The position numbers and the translations under genes are program-made. A model generated the notes under the pieces. That model did not search any database, was not told the DNA's origin, and saw nothing but the letters and a program-made list of their open reading frames with translations. Positions 17,949 to 26,526 of a stretch of DNA of 64,000 nucleotides are shown here, piece after piece; the stretch's first letter is position 1, and each line of letters begins with the position of its first letter. Origin of the DNA: Pedosphaera parvula Ellin514. Its GTDB lineage: Bacteria; Verrucomicrobiota; Verrucomicrobiia; Limisphaerales; JADJPG01. The stretch lies in NCBI GenBank assembly GCA_943332515.1, contig CALQPR010000005.1, positions 35,567 through 99,566 on the forward strand, given 5' to 3'.

Positions 17949-18889
17949 CGTTTTCCTTTGTTCGAAGGTTTGCGGAGAGTTTCGAGTGTTGAGAAGAGGT
18001 GGGCGAGGTCGTTTACCTGCAAGGCACCGATCGTTTCCAATACATCACGGTAAGCCGGCATGGCGCGTCCGCCAACGATCAGTGTGACTTCCGTCGGCAA
18101 GGACTCACGCAGTCGGGTCAACTCCCCGTCCAGCAGCGGGTCGTCTTCGGGATAGACCACGCTTAACGCCACGGCTCGAGCCTTGTTCTGAAGCGCTGCT
18201 CCGGCAATTTCAGCAGCAGGAAGGCTGGTGCCGAGATACGTGACGTGCCAGCCGAGGTTCGCCGCAGCGGCTCCGACAAGCAGCGCGCCTAGTTCGTGAA
18301 TCTGCCCCGCAGGCGTTGCGACGATGAGGACGGGTGAGTTTGCCGTTCCGGCGTAAGGCTTCGCGGCATGTCCGAGAAAAGTTCGAATCACGGCCGTGGC
18401 GAAATGTTCATGCGCGGCCGTAATGGTTCCATCCCGCCACAAATCTCCAAGACGTTGCGCGAGCGGGGCGACCACCCGTTGCAGCAATCCCTGCGCGCCA
18501 AGCTCCGTGGAGGCGCGTTTGAGTTCCTGCTCCAGTGCAGGTGAGTCAAGCTTCATGACTGCCTCGATAGAGCGTTCCAAGTAAGTTGGAGTGTTGTTGG
18601 AGCTGGCCTGTGGTTTAGTCGAATGGCCGTTGGTGACGAGGGATTGAGTGGCGAGTTCCCTCAGCTTCTCAGTGGGAAGCTTGGCCACATGGCCGATGCT
18701 GTGTCCGTGCTGCGTAATTTCCCTGAGCAAACTCAACCTCTCAACCTGCTCATCCGAGTAGAGGCGGCGATTCGTCCCAGTGCGCTCTGGTTCCACGGCC
18801 CCATACCGCTTCTCCCAGATCCGAATCACATGCGCGCTCAATCCGGTCCGCTGGGCGACAACTTTAATTGCTTGGTGGGCATTTGCCAT
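17945..18889 (-). CDS. MerR-family, cobalamin-binding transcriptional regulator (CarH/LitR-type photoreceptor-like)
   Basis: N-terminal MerR HTH IKVVAQRTGLSAHVIRIWEKRYGAVEPERTGTNRRLYSDEQVERL. Helical-bundle W-x9-EH motif WRDGTITAAHEH. B12-binding motif QIHELG...SLP...VGG (DxHxxG-SxL-GG with Q for D). Confidence 0.85.
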   Translation of the reverse strand: MANAHQAIKVVAQRTGLSAHVIRIWEKRYGAVEPERTGTNRRLYSDEQVERLSLLREITQHGHSIGHVAKLPTEKLRELATQSLVTNGHSTKPQASSNNTPTYLERSIEAVMKLDSPALEQELKRASTELGAQGLLQRVVAPLAQRLGDLWRDGTITAAHEHFATAVIRTFLGHAAKPYAGTANSPVLIVATPAGQIHELGALLVGAAAANLGWHVTYLGTSLPAAEIAGAALQNKARAVALSVVYPEDDPLLDGELTRLRESLPTEVTLIVGGRAMPAYRDVLETIGALQVNDLAHLFSTLETLRKPSNKGKR

Positions 18890-18911
18890 TAATTAGACAT
18901 AACTTGGACAA
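18890..18911. promoter_or_regulatory. two tandem 11-bp repeats matching nAnnTnnACAn (candidate CarH operator half)
   Basis: TAATTAGACAT (18890-18900) and AACTTGGACAA (18901-18911) both have A at position 2, T at position 5 and ACA at positions 8-10. They abut the carH-like start codon. Confidence 0.4.
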
Positions 18912-19030
18912 TGTTGGGGTGGTTGGCAAGTGGGAAATTCTACGGCTTCGCCTTTCCTAAGGTAACACGCCATATAAAATGGCAATACGCGGTTTTTGAT
19001 GACCTATTAAAAATTCTAGACAAAAAGTTG

Positions 19031-19063
19031 ACTTCTAAACAAATATTAGACATTGTTTGTACA
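19031..19063. promoter_or_regulatory. three tandem 11-bp repeats nnnnTnnACAn (candidate CarH-type operator) overlapping a TTGACT -35-like hexamer
   Basis: CTTCTAAACAA / ATATTAGACAT / TGTTTGTACAG, with T5 and ACA8-10 in phase. TTGACT lies at 19027-19032. The array ends 31 nt upstream of the sigma-factor ATG 19094. Confidence 0.4.
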
Positions 19064-19093
19064 GGTTCGGCGTGGCATGTCGGCAAACTGAAC

Positions 19094-20338
19094 ATGAAAA
19101 CAAAACGTAAATCTCCGAGAAAAAACCAGACAGCGGCTTGTTCCTATTCCATCCCAGCGGGTTTGCCGATGCGCGCCATCTCGACAAACCAGCAACCAGT
19201 CCTGCCCCGCATGAACGCGCTTCTCGAAAAGAAATCCCCGGCACCGAGCGATCGCCAAATCCGCCGCCGTCTCGCGGCTTCCAAGTCGCCGGTCGCAGTT
19301 CACGCGGAGAAGTCGGAATCGCTCAAGGCGGGTGCGCAGTGGTGGTCTGCCATGGTTCAAATCAATCAACCGAAAGACTCCACTGGTCAGTTAGTCTCCT
19401 CGGATGATTTCTTGAAAGCCACAGCTCGTGCGTCCAAAGCATCGACTTTGCCCAAAGCTGGCGTATCGGCTGCCTCTTCCTACGCTGACGTTGTCAGTGC
19501 TCAAGATCGCAGTCGCCCTGACGCGCTTACGCTCTATATGCGGGCCGTCGGCGAAGTTCCGTTGCTCAAGCCTGCTCAGGAACTCGCGCTCGCCGCTCAA
19601 ATTCGGGCGGGAGACGACGCAGCGCGCGAGCACATGATTCGCGCGAATCTGCGTTTCGTCATCAAGATCGCCCGCGAATACGAACACATCGGCATGCCGC
19701 TGCTCGACCTGATCAACGAAGGGAACATGGGCCTGATGCTCGCCGTGGACCGCTTCGATCCGCGCAAAGGTGCCAAGCTTACCACCTACAGCGCGCTGTG
19801 GATCCGCCAGAGCATTCGTCGCGCGCTGGCCAGCCAGGGCAAGACTATCCGCATGCCCGTCTATGCCGTCGATCAAGTCTATCATCTGGGCCGTGCTGAA
19901 GTACGGCTTCGCGAGCGCTTCGGACGCGAAGCCACCGAGACGGAACTTGCCACCGAGCTCAATCTTAAAGTTGAACGCATCGGCGAGTTGCGCACCGCCG
20001 CCGTTCGTCCTGCATCGCTGGACGCGCCCATCGGTGATGATGAGACGAGCCGCCTGGCCGACGTTGTCGCGGACGAGAACGCCGAGGTTCCAGGTTCCAG
20101 TTTGGACAAGGAAGCTTCCTTCGAAATCCTGCGCGAAGTTCTCCCGAAGCTTCCGCCGCGCGAAGCCGACATTCTGCGCATGCGTTTCGGGCTGGAAGGC
20201 GGAGTTGAGAAGACTCTCGAAGAAATCGGTGCCATGATGCGGCTCACCCGCGAACGCATCCGCCAGTTGCAGAACGTCGCTCTCACGCGCCTGCGTCGCC
20301 TCATGGAAAAGCGCGACTGCGTCTCGACCGTTGCATGA
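19094..20338 (+). CDS. sigma-70 family RNA polymerase sigma factor (RpoD-like regions 2-4, non-ECF) with a basic low-complexity N-terminus
   Basis: LYMRAVGEVPLLKPAQELALAAQIRAGD...NLRFVIKIAREY...LDLINEGNMGLMLAVDRFDPRKGAKLTTYSALWIRQSIRRAL...EEIGAMMRLTRERIRQLQNVAL. The start is moved to ATG 19094; the upstream part of the ORF is an AT-rich promoter region. Confidence 0.85.
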   Translation: MKTKRKSPRKNQTAACSYSIPAGLPMRAISTNQQPVLPRMNALLEKKSPAPSDRQIRRRLAASKSPVAVHAEKSESLKAGAQWWSAMVQINQPKDSTGQLVSSDDFLKATARASKASTLPKAGVSAASSYADVVSAQDRSRPDALTLYMRAVGEVPLLKPAQELALAAQIRAGDDAAREHMIRANLRFVIKIAREYEHIGMPLLDLINEGNMGLMLAVDRFDPRKGAKLTTYSALWIRQSIRRALASQGKTIRMPVYAVDQVYHLGRAEVRLRERFGREATETELATELNLKVERIGELRTAAVRPASLDAPIGDDETSRLADVVADENAEVPGSSLDKEASFEILREVLPKLPPREADILRMRFGLEGGVEKTLEEIGAMMRLTRERIRQLQNVALTRLRRLMEKRDCVSTVA

Positions 20339-20378
20339 CAATCCTCCGTCCGTATTAACATCCAAACGATTACATCTC

Positions 20379-20576
20379 ATGTTCCAAAAAGTTGATTATC
20401 CGTTCCTGTTTGCATCCTTCGCCAGCTTCCTGGTCAGCGTGGGGCTGTGGTTTCTCGTCGACCGGGAGTCTGGCGTCTATGTCGGACTGTGGGTGCCGAG
20501 CATTCTTATTCTTTGGGTCGGAGTTCGCGTCGCCCTGCTCACTCGGGCCAATGGCAATCTCAACCGGAGGAATTAA
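20379..20576 (+). CDS. small two-TM membrane protein
   Basis: 65 aa: MFQKVDYPFLFASFASFLVSVGLWFLV...GLWVPSILILWVGVRVALL. No obvious Shine-Dalgarno (SD) sequence. Confidence 0.35.
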   Translation: MFQKVDYPFLFASFASFLVSVGLWFLVDRESGVYVGLWVPSILILWVGVRVALLTRANGNLNRRN

Positions 20577-20578
20577 CC

Positions 20579-20785
20579 ATGTTCAATCTTCTCTTTCCGA
20601 TCTTCTGCTTTGGCGTCGTGATCTCCGGGATTGTATTTCTTGGACTTCAGCAGGCATCTGACTTGGCGAAGTATTTAGCCGCGAATGAAAGTGAAATAAA
20701 GCCGGATTCCAGGAGCGGGGAAGTCGTTTCGCAGCGTCGCAGTCTGCCTTCAGTCAAACTGCCTTCTAATCTAAGGAATCAATGA
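20579..20785 (+). CDS. small single-TM protein
   Basis: 68 aa: MFNLLFPIFCFGVVISGIVFLGL... GGAGGA lies 6 nt upstream. The stop overlaps the SDR start (ATGA). Confidence 0.45.
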   Translation: MFNLLFPIFCFGVVISGIVFLGLQQASDLAKYLAANESEIKPDSRSGEVVSQRRSLPSVKLPSNLRNQ

Positions 20786-21546
20786 GTCAATCCATTGAGA
20801 AACCGAGCGCCATCATCTTTGGCGCCACCGGCGGCATCGGCTCCGCTCTGGCGCGGCGGTTGTCCGTTGCGGGCTGGCGTCTCGCGCTCTGCGCCCGTGG
20901 ACAGGAGCGTCTCGATCTCCTAGGGAGCGAACTGAACGCCCACATCGAACCTGCCGACGCCACCGATGCGCAATCTGTGGAGAATGCCTTCGCCGCAGTC
21001 TGCGAAAAATTCGGTCGCCTCGACGGCGTCGTTAACTGCTGCGGCTCGCTTCTGCTCAAGCCGGCTCACCTCACCACCGGCGAGGAATGGGCGCACACCC
21101 TCAACGCCAATCTGACTACTGCCTTTCACGTCCTCCGCGGCGCCGCGTCACGGATGATGCGCTCAGGTGGCGGCAGCATTGTTCTACTCTCATCAGCGGT
21201 TGCTCAACGCGGCATGATCAACCACGAAGCGATCGCTGCGGCGAAAGCCGGAGTCGTCGGTCTCGCCCAATCGGCCGCTGCGACCTACGCCCGCTACAAT
21301 ATCCGCGTGAACTGTGTCTCGCCCGGTCTCACCCGCACGCCGCTCACCGAGTCGCTCACCAAGAATGAAGCGTCGCTCAAAGCCAGCGCGGCCCTCCATC
21401 CGCTCGGACGCATCGGCGAACCGAATGAAGTTGCCAGCGCCATCGCCTGGCTGCTCAATCCAGAACAATGTTGGGTCACCGGTCAGGTAATCGCAGTCGA
21501 TGGAGGTCTGTCCTCCGTGCAACCGCGCCTTGCGCTAGCCGTATGA
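20782..21546 (+). CDS. short-chain dehydrogenase/reductase (SDR)
   Basis: 254 aa: IIFGATGGIGSALARRL, NAAG-like region, S...YxxxK (ATYARYNIRVN region). Classic SDR layout. Confidence 0.85.
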   Translation: MSQSIEKPSAIIFGATGGIGSALARRLSVAGWRLALCARGQERLDLLGSELNAHIEPADATDAQSVENAFAAVCEKFGRLDGVVNCCGSLLLKPAHLTTGEEWAHTLNANLTTAFHVLRGAASRMMRSGGGSIVLLSSAVAQRGMINHEAIAAAKAGVVGLAQSAAATYARYNIRVNCVSPGLTRTPLTESLTKNEASLKASAALHPLGRIGEPNEVASAIAWLLNPEQCWVTGQVIAVDGGLSSVQPRLALAV

Positions 21547-21827
21547 ACACCTCCGGCTCGATCAAAATCACTTTTGCCGCGCCTGTGCTCGCCCCGCCTC
21601 TTCCCAAGACTGAGGCCGCAATCCAGCCCGCTCCCTCGTGGGTCAGGCGCGGACTTCCTTTCGCCTTGGACATTGATTCCTCTGGCAATCTCAGCTCTTC
21701 GGGATTCGTTCCACGCGGACGCTGGGATTCGGCCCGCATTGCCGCCCGCGAACTTTTGATTGGTCTGATTCCGAGCAGACCAGCCTCGACACCCACTCTG
21801 ACTCAACTCGAACTCCAATTCGCATGA
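21543..21827 (+). CDS. hypothetical protein, translationally coupled on both sides
   Basis: 94 aa. ATGA overlaps with the SDR stop and the crtN-like start. Codon bias is weaker than in its neighbours, so this is uncertain. Confidence 0.35.
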   Translation: MNTSGSIKITFAAPVLAPPLPKTEAAIQPAPSWVRRGLPFALDIDSSGNLSSSGFVPRGRWDSARIAARELLIGLIPSRPASTPTLTQLELQFA

Positions 21828-23425
21828 CGAAAGAAACCATCATCATTGGCGCCGGTCCTGGTGGGCTTGCATCGGCCATCCTCCTGGCTTCGGCGGGCGT
21901 GAAAGTTAAAATCATTGAACGCCTTCCGTTCGTGGGTGGACGCACCTCCAGCATCGAGGCGGACGGCTACAAGTTTGATCTCGGTCCCACGTTCTTTCTC
22001 TATCCGCGCGTGCTCGATGAAATCTTCCGCGCCGCCGGCACCAGCCTGCGCGCCGAGGTGCCGATGGAGCGGCTCGACCCGCAGTATCGAATTCAATTTG
22101 GCGCGGGCGGCGCGCTCGATTGCACGCCGAACATCGAGCGCATGGAGAAGCAGATTGAAGCGCTCTCTCCTGCCGATGCACCTGGCTTTCGTCGATTCCT
22201 CTCCGAGAACCGCACCAAGCTCGGCGCGATGGAACCTTTCCTTGAAAGCCCCTTCCTCGGCTGGCAGGACTTGGTGCAAGCCCGCATGCTCAAGATGCTG
22301 CCGATGCTTCGCCCGCATCAATCGGTGGACACCTACCTCAAGCGCTTCTTCAAAGACGAACGCGTCCGCCTCGCATTCTGTTTCCAATCGAAATACCTCG
22401 GCATGTCGCCGTTCCGCTGCCCGAGCCTCTTCAGCATTCTCAGCTTCCTCGAATACGAATACGGCGTCTGGCACCCGATTGGCGGCTGCGCGGCGGTGTC
22501 GCAGGCGATGGCGCGTGTCGCCCAAAAGCTCGGCGTCGAGATCTGCCTCAACGAACCGGTGGAAGAAATCCTCTTCGCTGGCCGCCGCGCCGTCGGCGTC
22601 CGCACCGCCGCCGGAACTCATCGGGCCGATGCGGTCGTGGTGAACGCCGACTTCGCCCGCGCCATGGAACGCATGGTTCCCGATCATCTCCGCAAGCGCT
22701 GGACCAACGCCAAGCTCGCGAAGAAGAAATACTCCTGCTCCACCTTCATGATGTATCTCGGGGTCGAAGGCACCTTCGACCTGCCGCATCACACCATCCA
22801 CATCGCGAAGAACTACACGCAGAATCTCGACGAGGTTGAGAACCAGCACGTCCTCAGCAGCGACCCCAGCTTCTACGTGCAGAACGCCTGCGTCACCGAT
22901 CCCACGCTCGCGCCGAAAGGCCACAGCGCGCTCTACGTCCTCTCGCCCGTCTCCCATCAACATCCGAACATCGACTGGACGAAAGAGACCTCACCCTTCC
23001 GCAAACTGCTCTTCGAGAAAATCGCGCAAGCCGGCTATGGCGACATCGAGAAACGCGTCCGCTACGAGCGCGTCATCACGCCAGCCGACTGGGATTCGCG
23101 CTACGAAATCTATCGCGGTGCGACCTTCAACCTCGCGCATTCCCTCGACCAGATGCTGCACCTCCGCCCGCACAACCGGTTCGAAGATCTCGACGGCATG
23201 TATCTCGTCGGTGGCGGCACGCATCCGGGCAGCGGTCTCCCCGTCATCTTCGAAAGCGCGCGCATCAGCTCGCGCCTGTTGCTCGAAGATCTGGGCGTGG
23301 ACACCAACACCCCGCTCCTCCGCAGCGGACGCGTCGACCAGTCCGTAAAATCCAGCGCAGAGAAGTCTGGCATCTTCTCCACGGCGGCGACGATGCTCGG
23401 CCTGAAATCCAAGTCGATCTCGTGA
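21824..23425 (+). CDS. CrtI-family carotenoid desaturase (phytoene/4,4'-diapophytoene desaturase-like, CrtN-like)
   Basis: 533 aa with FAD fold IIIGAGPGGLASAILLASAGVKVKIIERLPFVGGR and C-terminal LVGGGTHPGSGLPVIFESARI. Confidence 0.85.
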   Translation: MTKETIIIGAGPGGLASAILLASAGVKVKIIERLPFVGGRTSSIEADGYKFDLGPTFFLYPRVLDEIFRAAGTSLRAEVPMERLDPQYRIQFGAGGALDCTPNIERMEKQIEALSPADAPGFRRFLSENRTKLGAMEPFLESPFLGWQDLVQARMLKMLPMLRPHQSVDTYLKRFFKDERVRLAFCFQSKYLGMSPFRCPSLFSILSFLEYEYGVWHPIGGCAAVSQAMARVAQKLGVEICLNEPVEEILFAGRRAVGVRTAAGTHRADAVVVNADFARAMERMVPDHLRKRWTNAKLAKKKYSCSTFMMYLGVEGTFDLPHHTIHIAKNYTQNLDEVENQHVLSSDPSFYVQNACVTDPTLAPKGHSALYVLSPVSHQHPNIDWTKETSPFRKLLFEKIAQAGYGDIEKRVRYERVITPADWDSRYEIYRGATFNLAHSLDQMLHLRPHNRFEDLDGMYLVGGGTHPGSGLPVIFESARISSRLLLEDLGVDTNTPLLRSGRVDQSVKSSAEKSGIFSTAATMLGLKSKSIS

Positions 23426-24942
23426 ACCCTTCGTCCAAGAACACGGACGCCCGTTTCTCTGCTGTGAACCACAGCAGCCCAGAGATGATCGCGTGTTCCG
23501 CCATGACCGCCGCGCGCGCAGCGCAAGCCCGCTGGGCCGCTACACCGCTGTCCGATCGTCTCGCTCGCGTGCGCGAACTCCGCCGGTTGATTGCCGAACA
23601 CGCCCCGCTCCTCGCCGAAGCCTCCGCCTCCGCGCGCCAGCGTCCAGCGCTCGAATCGCTCACCGCCGAGGTTCTGCCGCTGGCCGAAGCCTGTCGTTTT
23701 CTGGAGCGTGACGCCGCGAAACTTCTCGCTCCGCGCCGCCTCGGATCGCGGGGGCTTCCTCTCTGGCTCGCCGGAGTCCGCAGCGAGGTTCGTCGTGAAC
23801 CCTGCGGCGTTGTTCTCATCATCGGCCCCGGCAATTACCCGCTGCTCCTCCCCGGTGTGCAACTGATTCAAGCGCTCGTCGCGGGCAACGCCGTTCTTCT
23901 GAAGCCCGGGGTTGGCGGCTCCTTCGCAGCGCGGGCGCTCATCGAGATCATCCATCTCGCCGGGTTCGACTCGCATCTCGTCGCGCTTCTCCCTGAATCC
24001 ACCGAGGCTGCCCGCAGCGCCATCGAAGCTCGTCCTGACAAGGTGCTCTTCACGGGATCCGCTGCCACCGGTGAAAAAATTCTCGCCCAGCTCGCGCCAC
24101 ATCTCATCCCGGCCACGATGGAGCTCAGCGGCTGCGATGCAGTCATCGTTCGCGCGGATGCCGATCTCGATCTGGTGGTGAAGGCGCTGACCTTTGGCCT
24201 CACGCTGAACAACGGCGCGACGTGCATGGCCCCCAAGCGCGTCTTCGTCCATCGCTCCATCGCGACGGAGCTTGAGGGAAGATTGGCTCGCGCGTTCCCG
24301 GGTCGCGGATCGACTCAACTCACTTCCGCTGCCACGGAACAACTGAGGCCGCTTCTCGACGAAGCCGTTGCTCATGGCGCGCACTTCATCGCTGGCGGCA
24401 GGGCGGATGACGGCTCAATTCAAACTCCCGTGATCCTCGCCGGCGTATCGTCTTCCGCCCAGCTCTTGCGCGAAGACATCTTCGCGCCCGTCCTCGCTCT
24501 CGTCACCGTGAGTGACGATGCCGACGCCATCTTCCGCACAAATAGTTGTCCCTACGCCTTGGGCGCGAGCATTTTCACGCGCGATGAATTCACCGCCCGC
24601 GCCATCGCGGCGTCCATCAACGCTGGCGTCGTCAGCATCAACGATCTCATCATCCCGACCGCCGATGCTCGCCTCCCGTTCGGTGGACGTCAGCGCAGTG
24701 GCTTCGGTGTCACGCGCGGCGCGGAAGGATTGCTCGAACTCACCGCGCTCAAAGTCGTCACCGTGAGTCGCAGCAAATTCCGCCCGGCCTTCGACCCGTC
24801 GCATCCCAAGGACGAGGCGATGTTCCAGGCTTACTTGGGAGTCACTCACGGACGCGGCCTGCTTCAACGCGCTCGCGCGATGGTCGCGCTCGTAAAATCA
24901 CTTTCTGGTCGAACCAAACACTCCAAGCATCCAACACCATGA
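23422..24942 (+). CDS. aldehyde dehydrogenase family protein (carotenoid-aldehyde dehydrogenase candidate)
   Basis: 506 aa: FTGSAATGEKI, MELSGCDAVIV (ELGG-type), NNGATCMAPKRVFV (catalytic Cys), and the PFGG motif RLPFGGRQRSGFG. Confidence 0.85.
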   Translation: MNPSSKNTDARFSAVNHSSPEMIACSAMTAARAAQARWAATPLSDRLARVRELRRLIAEHAPLLAEASASARQRPALESLTAEVLPLAEACRFLERDAAKLLAPRRLGSRGLPLWLAGVRSEVRREPCGVVLIIGPGNYPLLLPGVQLIQALVAGNAVLLKPGVGGSFAARALIEIIHLAGFDSHLVALLPESTEAARSAIEARPDKVLFTGSAATGEKILAQLAPHLIPATMELSGCDAVIVRADADLDLVVKALTFGLTLNNGATCMAPKRVFVHRSIATELEGRLARAFPGRGSTQLTSAATEQLRPLLDEAVAHGAHFIAGGRADDGSIQTPVILAGVSSSAQLLREDIFAPVLALVTVSDDADAIFRTNSCPYALGASIFTRDEFTARAIAASINAGVVSINDLIIPTADARLPFGGRQRSGFGVTRGAEGLLELTALKVVTVSRSKFRPAFDPSHPKDEAMFQAYLGVTHGRGLLQRARAMVALVKSLSGRTKHSKHPTP

Positions 24943-26519
24943 AAACTTCTTCGCAACATCGCATCGGCGTCATCGGTGGCGGACTCGGCGGACTCGCCGC
25001 CGCCTGCACGCTCGCCGCTCGCGGCTACAAGGTCGTCCTCTTCGAAACTAACGAATGGCTCGGTGGCAAGGCCGCGCAACTCGAGGGCGACGGCTTCCGC
25101 TTCGACATGGGCCCGACCATCGTGACGATTCCCTCCGTGCTGCGCCGCATCTTCACCGAGGCCGGCCGTCGCATGGAGGATTACCTCGACATGGTCAGGC
25201 TCGACCCGCAGTGGCGCTGCTTTTTTGAGGATGGCTCGGTGCTGAACTTGAAGCAGAAGCCGGAAGAGATGAGCACTGAACTCGAGCGTTTTGCGCCCGG
25301 CAAAAATTCCGGCCAGCGTTACCTCGACTTCCTCAAGTTCAGCCAGCGGCTGAACGACATCTCGCAGCGTTTCTTCTTCTACAAGCCCATTGGCGGCCTG
25401 CGCGACATGTTCGATTTCAAAACCGCCTTCGATCCCAAGGTGCTCGGAGACGTGCTTGCCATGCGCATGGGGCGCAGCGTCGCGGGAACGGTGCGCTCGT
25501 TCACGCCGGATGCGCGCGTGGCGCAGATGATGGATCACTTCACGCAATACGTCGGCTCGTCGCCCTACGGTTCGCCGGCCGTGCTCTGCGGCATCGCTCA
25601 CATGCAGACCGATGAAGGCATCTGGTATCCGATGGGTGGCACGCGCGCCGTGCCGGTCGCGCTGGAGAAGCTCGCGCGCGAGCTTGGCGTGGAGATTCAC
25701 ACAAACACGCGCATCGCCGAGATCCTGTCCGAAGGTCGCGACATCACCGGCGTTCGCACGAATCGCGGCAAGGTCATCCCGTTGCGCGCCGTCGTCTCGA
25801 ACTGCGATTCCGTCCGCACCCATCGCGAGCTGGTCGATGGCGAGGTCGGTAGGAAATTCGATAAGCGTCGCAGATACGAAGCGGCGTGTTCAGGCGTCGT
25901 GCTCTATCTCGGCTTGAAGAAACGCTACGACCATCTCGCACATCATGACTTCGTCTTCAGCCGCGATCCGCACGAGGAGTTCGATTGGATTTACAAGAAG
26001 GGCGAGCCTGCACCCGACCCGACCTGTTATCTCGCCGCGACCACTTGCACGGAATCGGGCACTGCGCCTGCCGGTGGAGAAGCGCTCTATGTGCTCGTCC
26101 ACACGCCTTACCTGCGGCCGCACCACGACTGGAAGAAGATGTTGCCCGCCTACCGCAAGGTGATCATCGAGAAGCTCAAACGCACGGGGCAGATGCCGGA
26201 CATCGAGGAGCGCATTGTGTTCGAGCGCACGCTCACGCCGCAGGATATCAAGGACCGCTATCACGTGCTCGACGGCGCCATCTACGGGATTGCGAGCCAC
26301 GGGAAATTTCTCGGCGCGTTCAAGCCCGGCAATCGTTCGCCCGACTTGCGCGGCTTTTATCTCGCGGGCGGCGCGGCGCATCCCGGACCGGGAATGCCCA
26401 TGGTGCTGATGAGCGGCTGGATTGCAGCGGACGCTCTCGACAAGGACGGTGTGGCCGAGCGCACTGCGAATGGAGCGCCGGTCGCCGAGCCCGCGCGTGG
26501 CGATCTGGTCGAAGCGTGA
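24939..26519 (+). CDS. second CrtI-family FAD oxidoreductase (CrtP/diapolycopene oxygenase-like candidate)
   Basis: 526 aa: IGVIGGGLGGLAAACTLAARGYKVVLFETNEWLGGK and C-terminal YLAGGAAHPGPGMPMVLMSG. Confidence 0.8.
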   Translation: MKTSSQHRIGVIGGGLGGLAAACTLAARGYKVVLFETNEWLGGKAAQLEGDGFRFDMGPTIVTIPSVLRRIFTEAGRRMEDYLDMVRLDPQWRCFFEDGSVLNLKQKPEEMSTELERFAPGKNSGQRYLDFLKFSQRLNDISQRFFFYKPIGGLRDMFDFKTAFDPKVLGDVLAMRMGRSVAGTVRSFTPDARVAQMMDHFTQYVGSSPYGSPAVLCGIAHMQTDEGIWYPMGGTRAVPVALEKLARELGVEIHTNTRIAEILSEGRDITGVRTNRGKVIPLRAVVSNCDSVRTHRELVDGEVGRKFDKRRRYEAACSGVVLYLGLKKRYDHLAHHDFVFSRDPHEEFDWIYKKGEPAPDPTCYLAATTCTESGTAPAGGEALYVLVHTPYLRPHHDWKKMLPAYRKVIIEKLKRTGQMPDIEERIVFERTLTPQDIKDRYHVLDGAIYGIASHGKFLGAFKPGNRSPDLRGFYLAGGAAHPGPGMPMVLMSGWIAADALDKDGVAERTANGAPVAEPARGDLVEA

Positions 26520-26526
26520 GAGAGAG

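Noticed and set aside
26422-26526. Upstream extensions of ORF-track starts: 26422 for the acyltransferase, 28373 for the YtfJ-like protein, 10815 for the prepilin-like protein, 18911 for the sigma factor, 12050 for DUF2007, 29561..30106 for sbtB, 36524..36991 for DUF3311, and 52951 for the response regulator.
   Set aside because: The extensions overlap the preceding gene or the promoter region, and they translate to Arg/Ser/Pro-rich sequence. Internal ATG or GTG codons give family-typical lengths and operon-style 4-nt overlaps.
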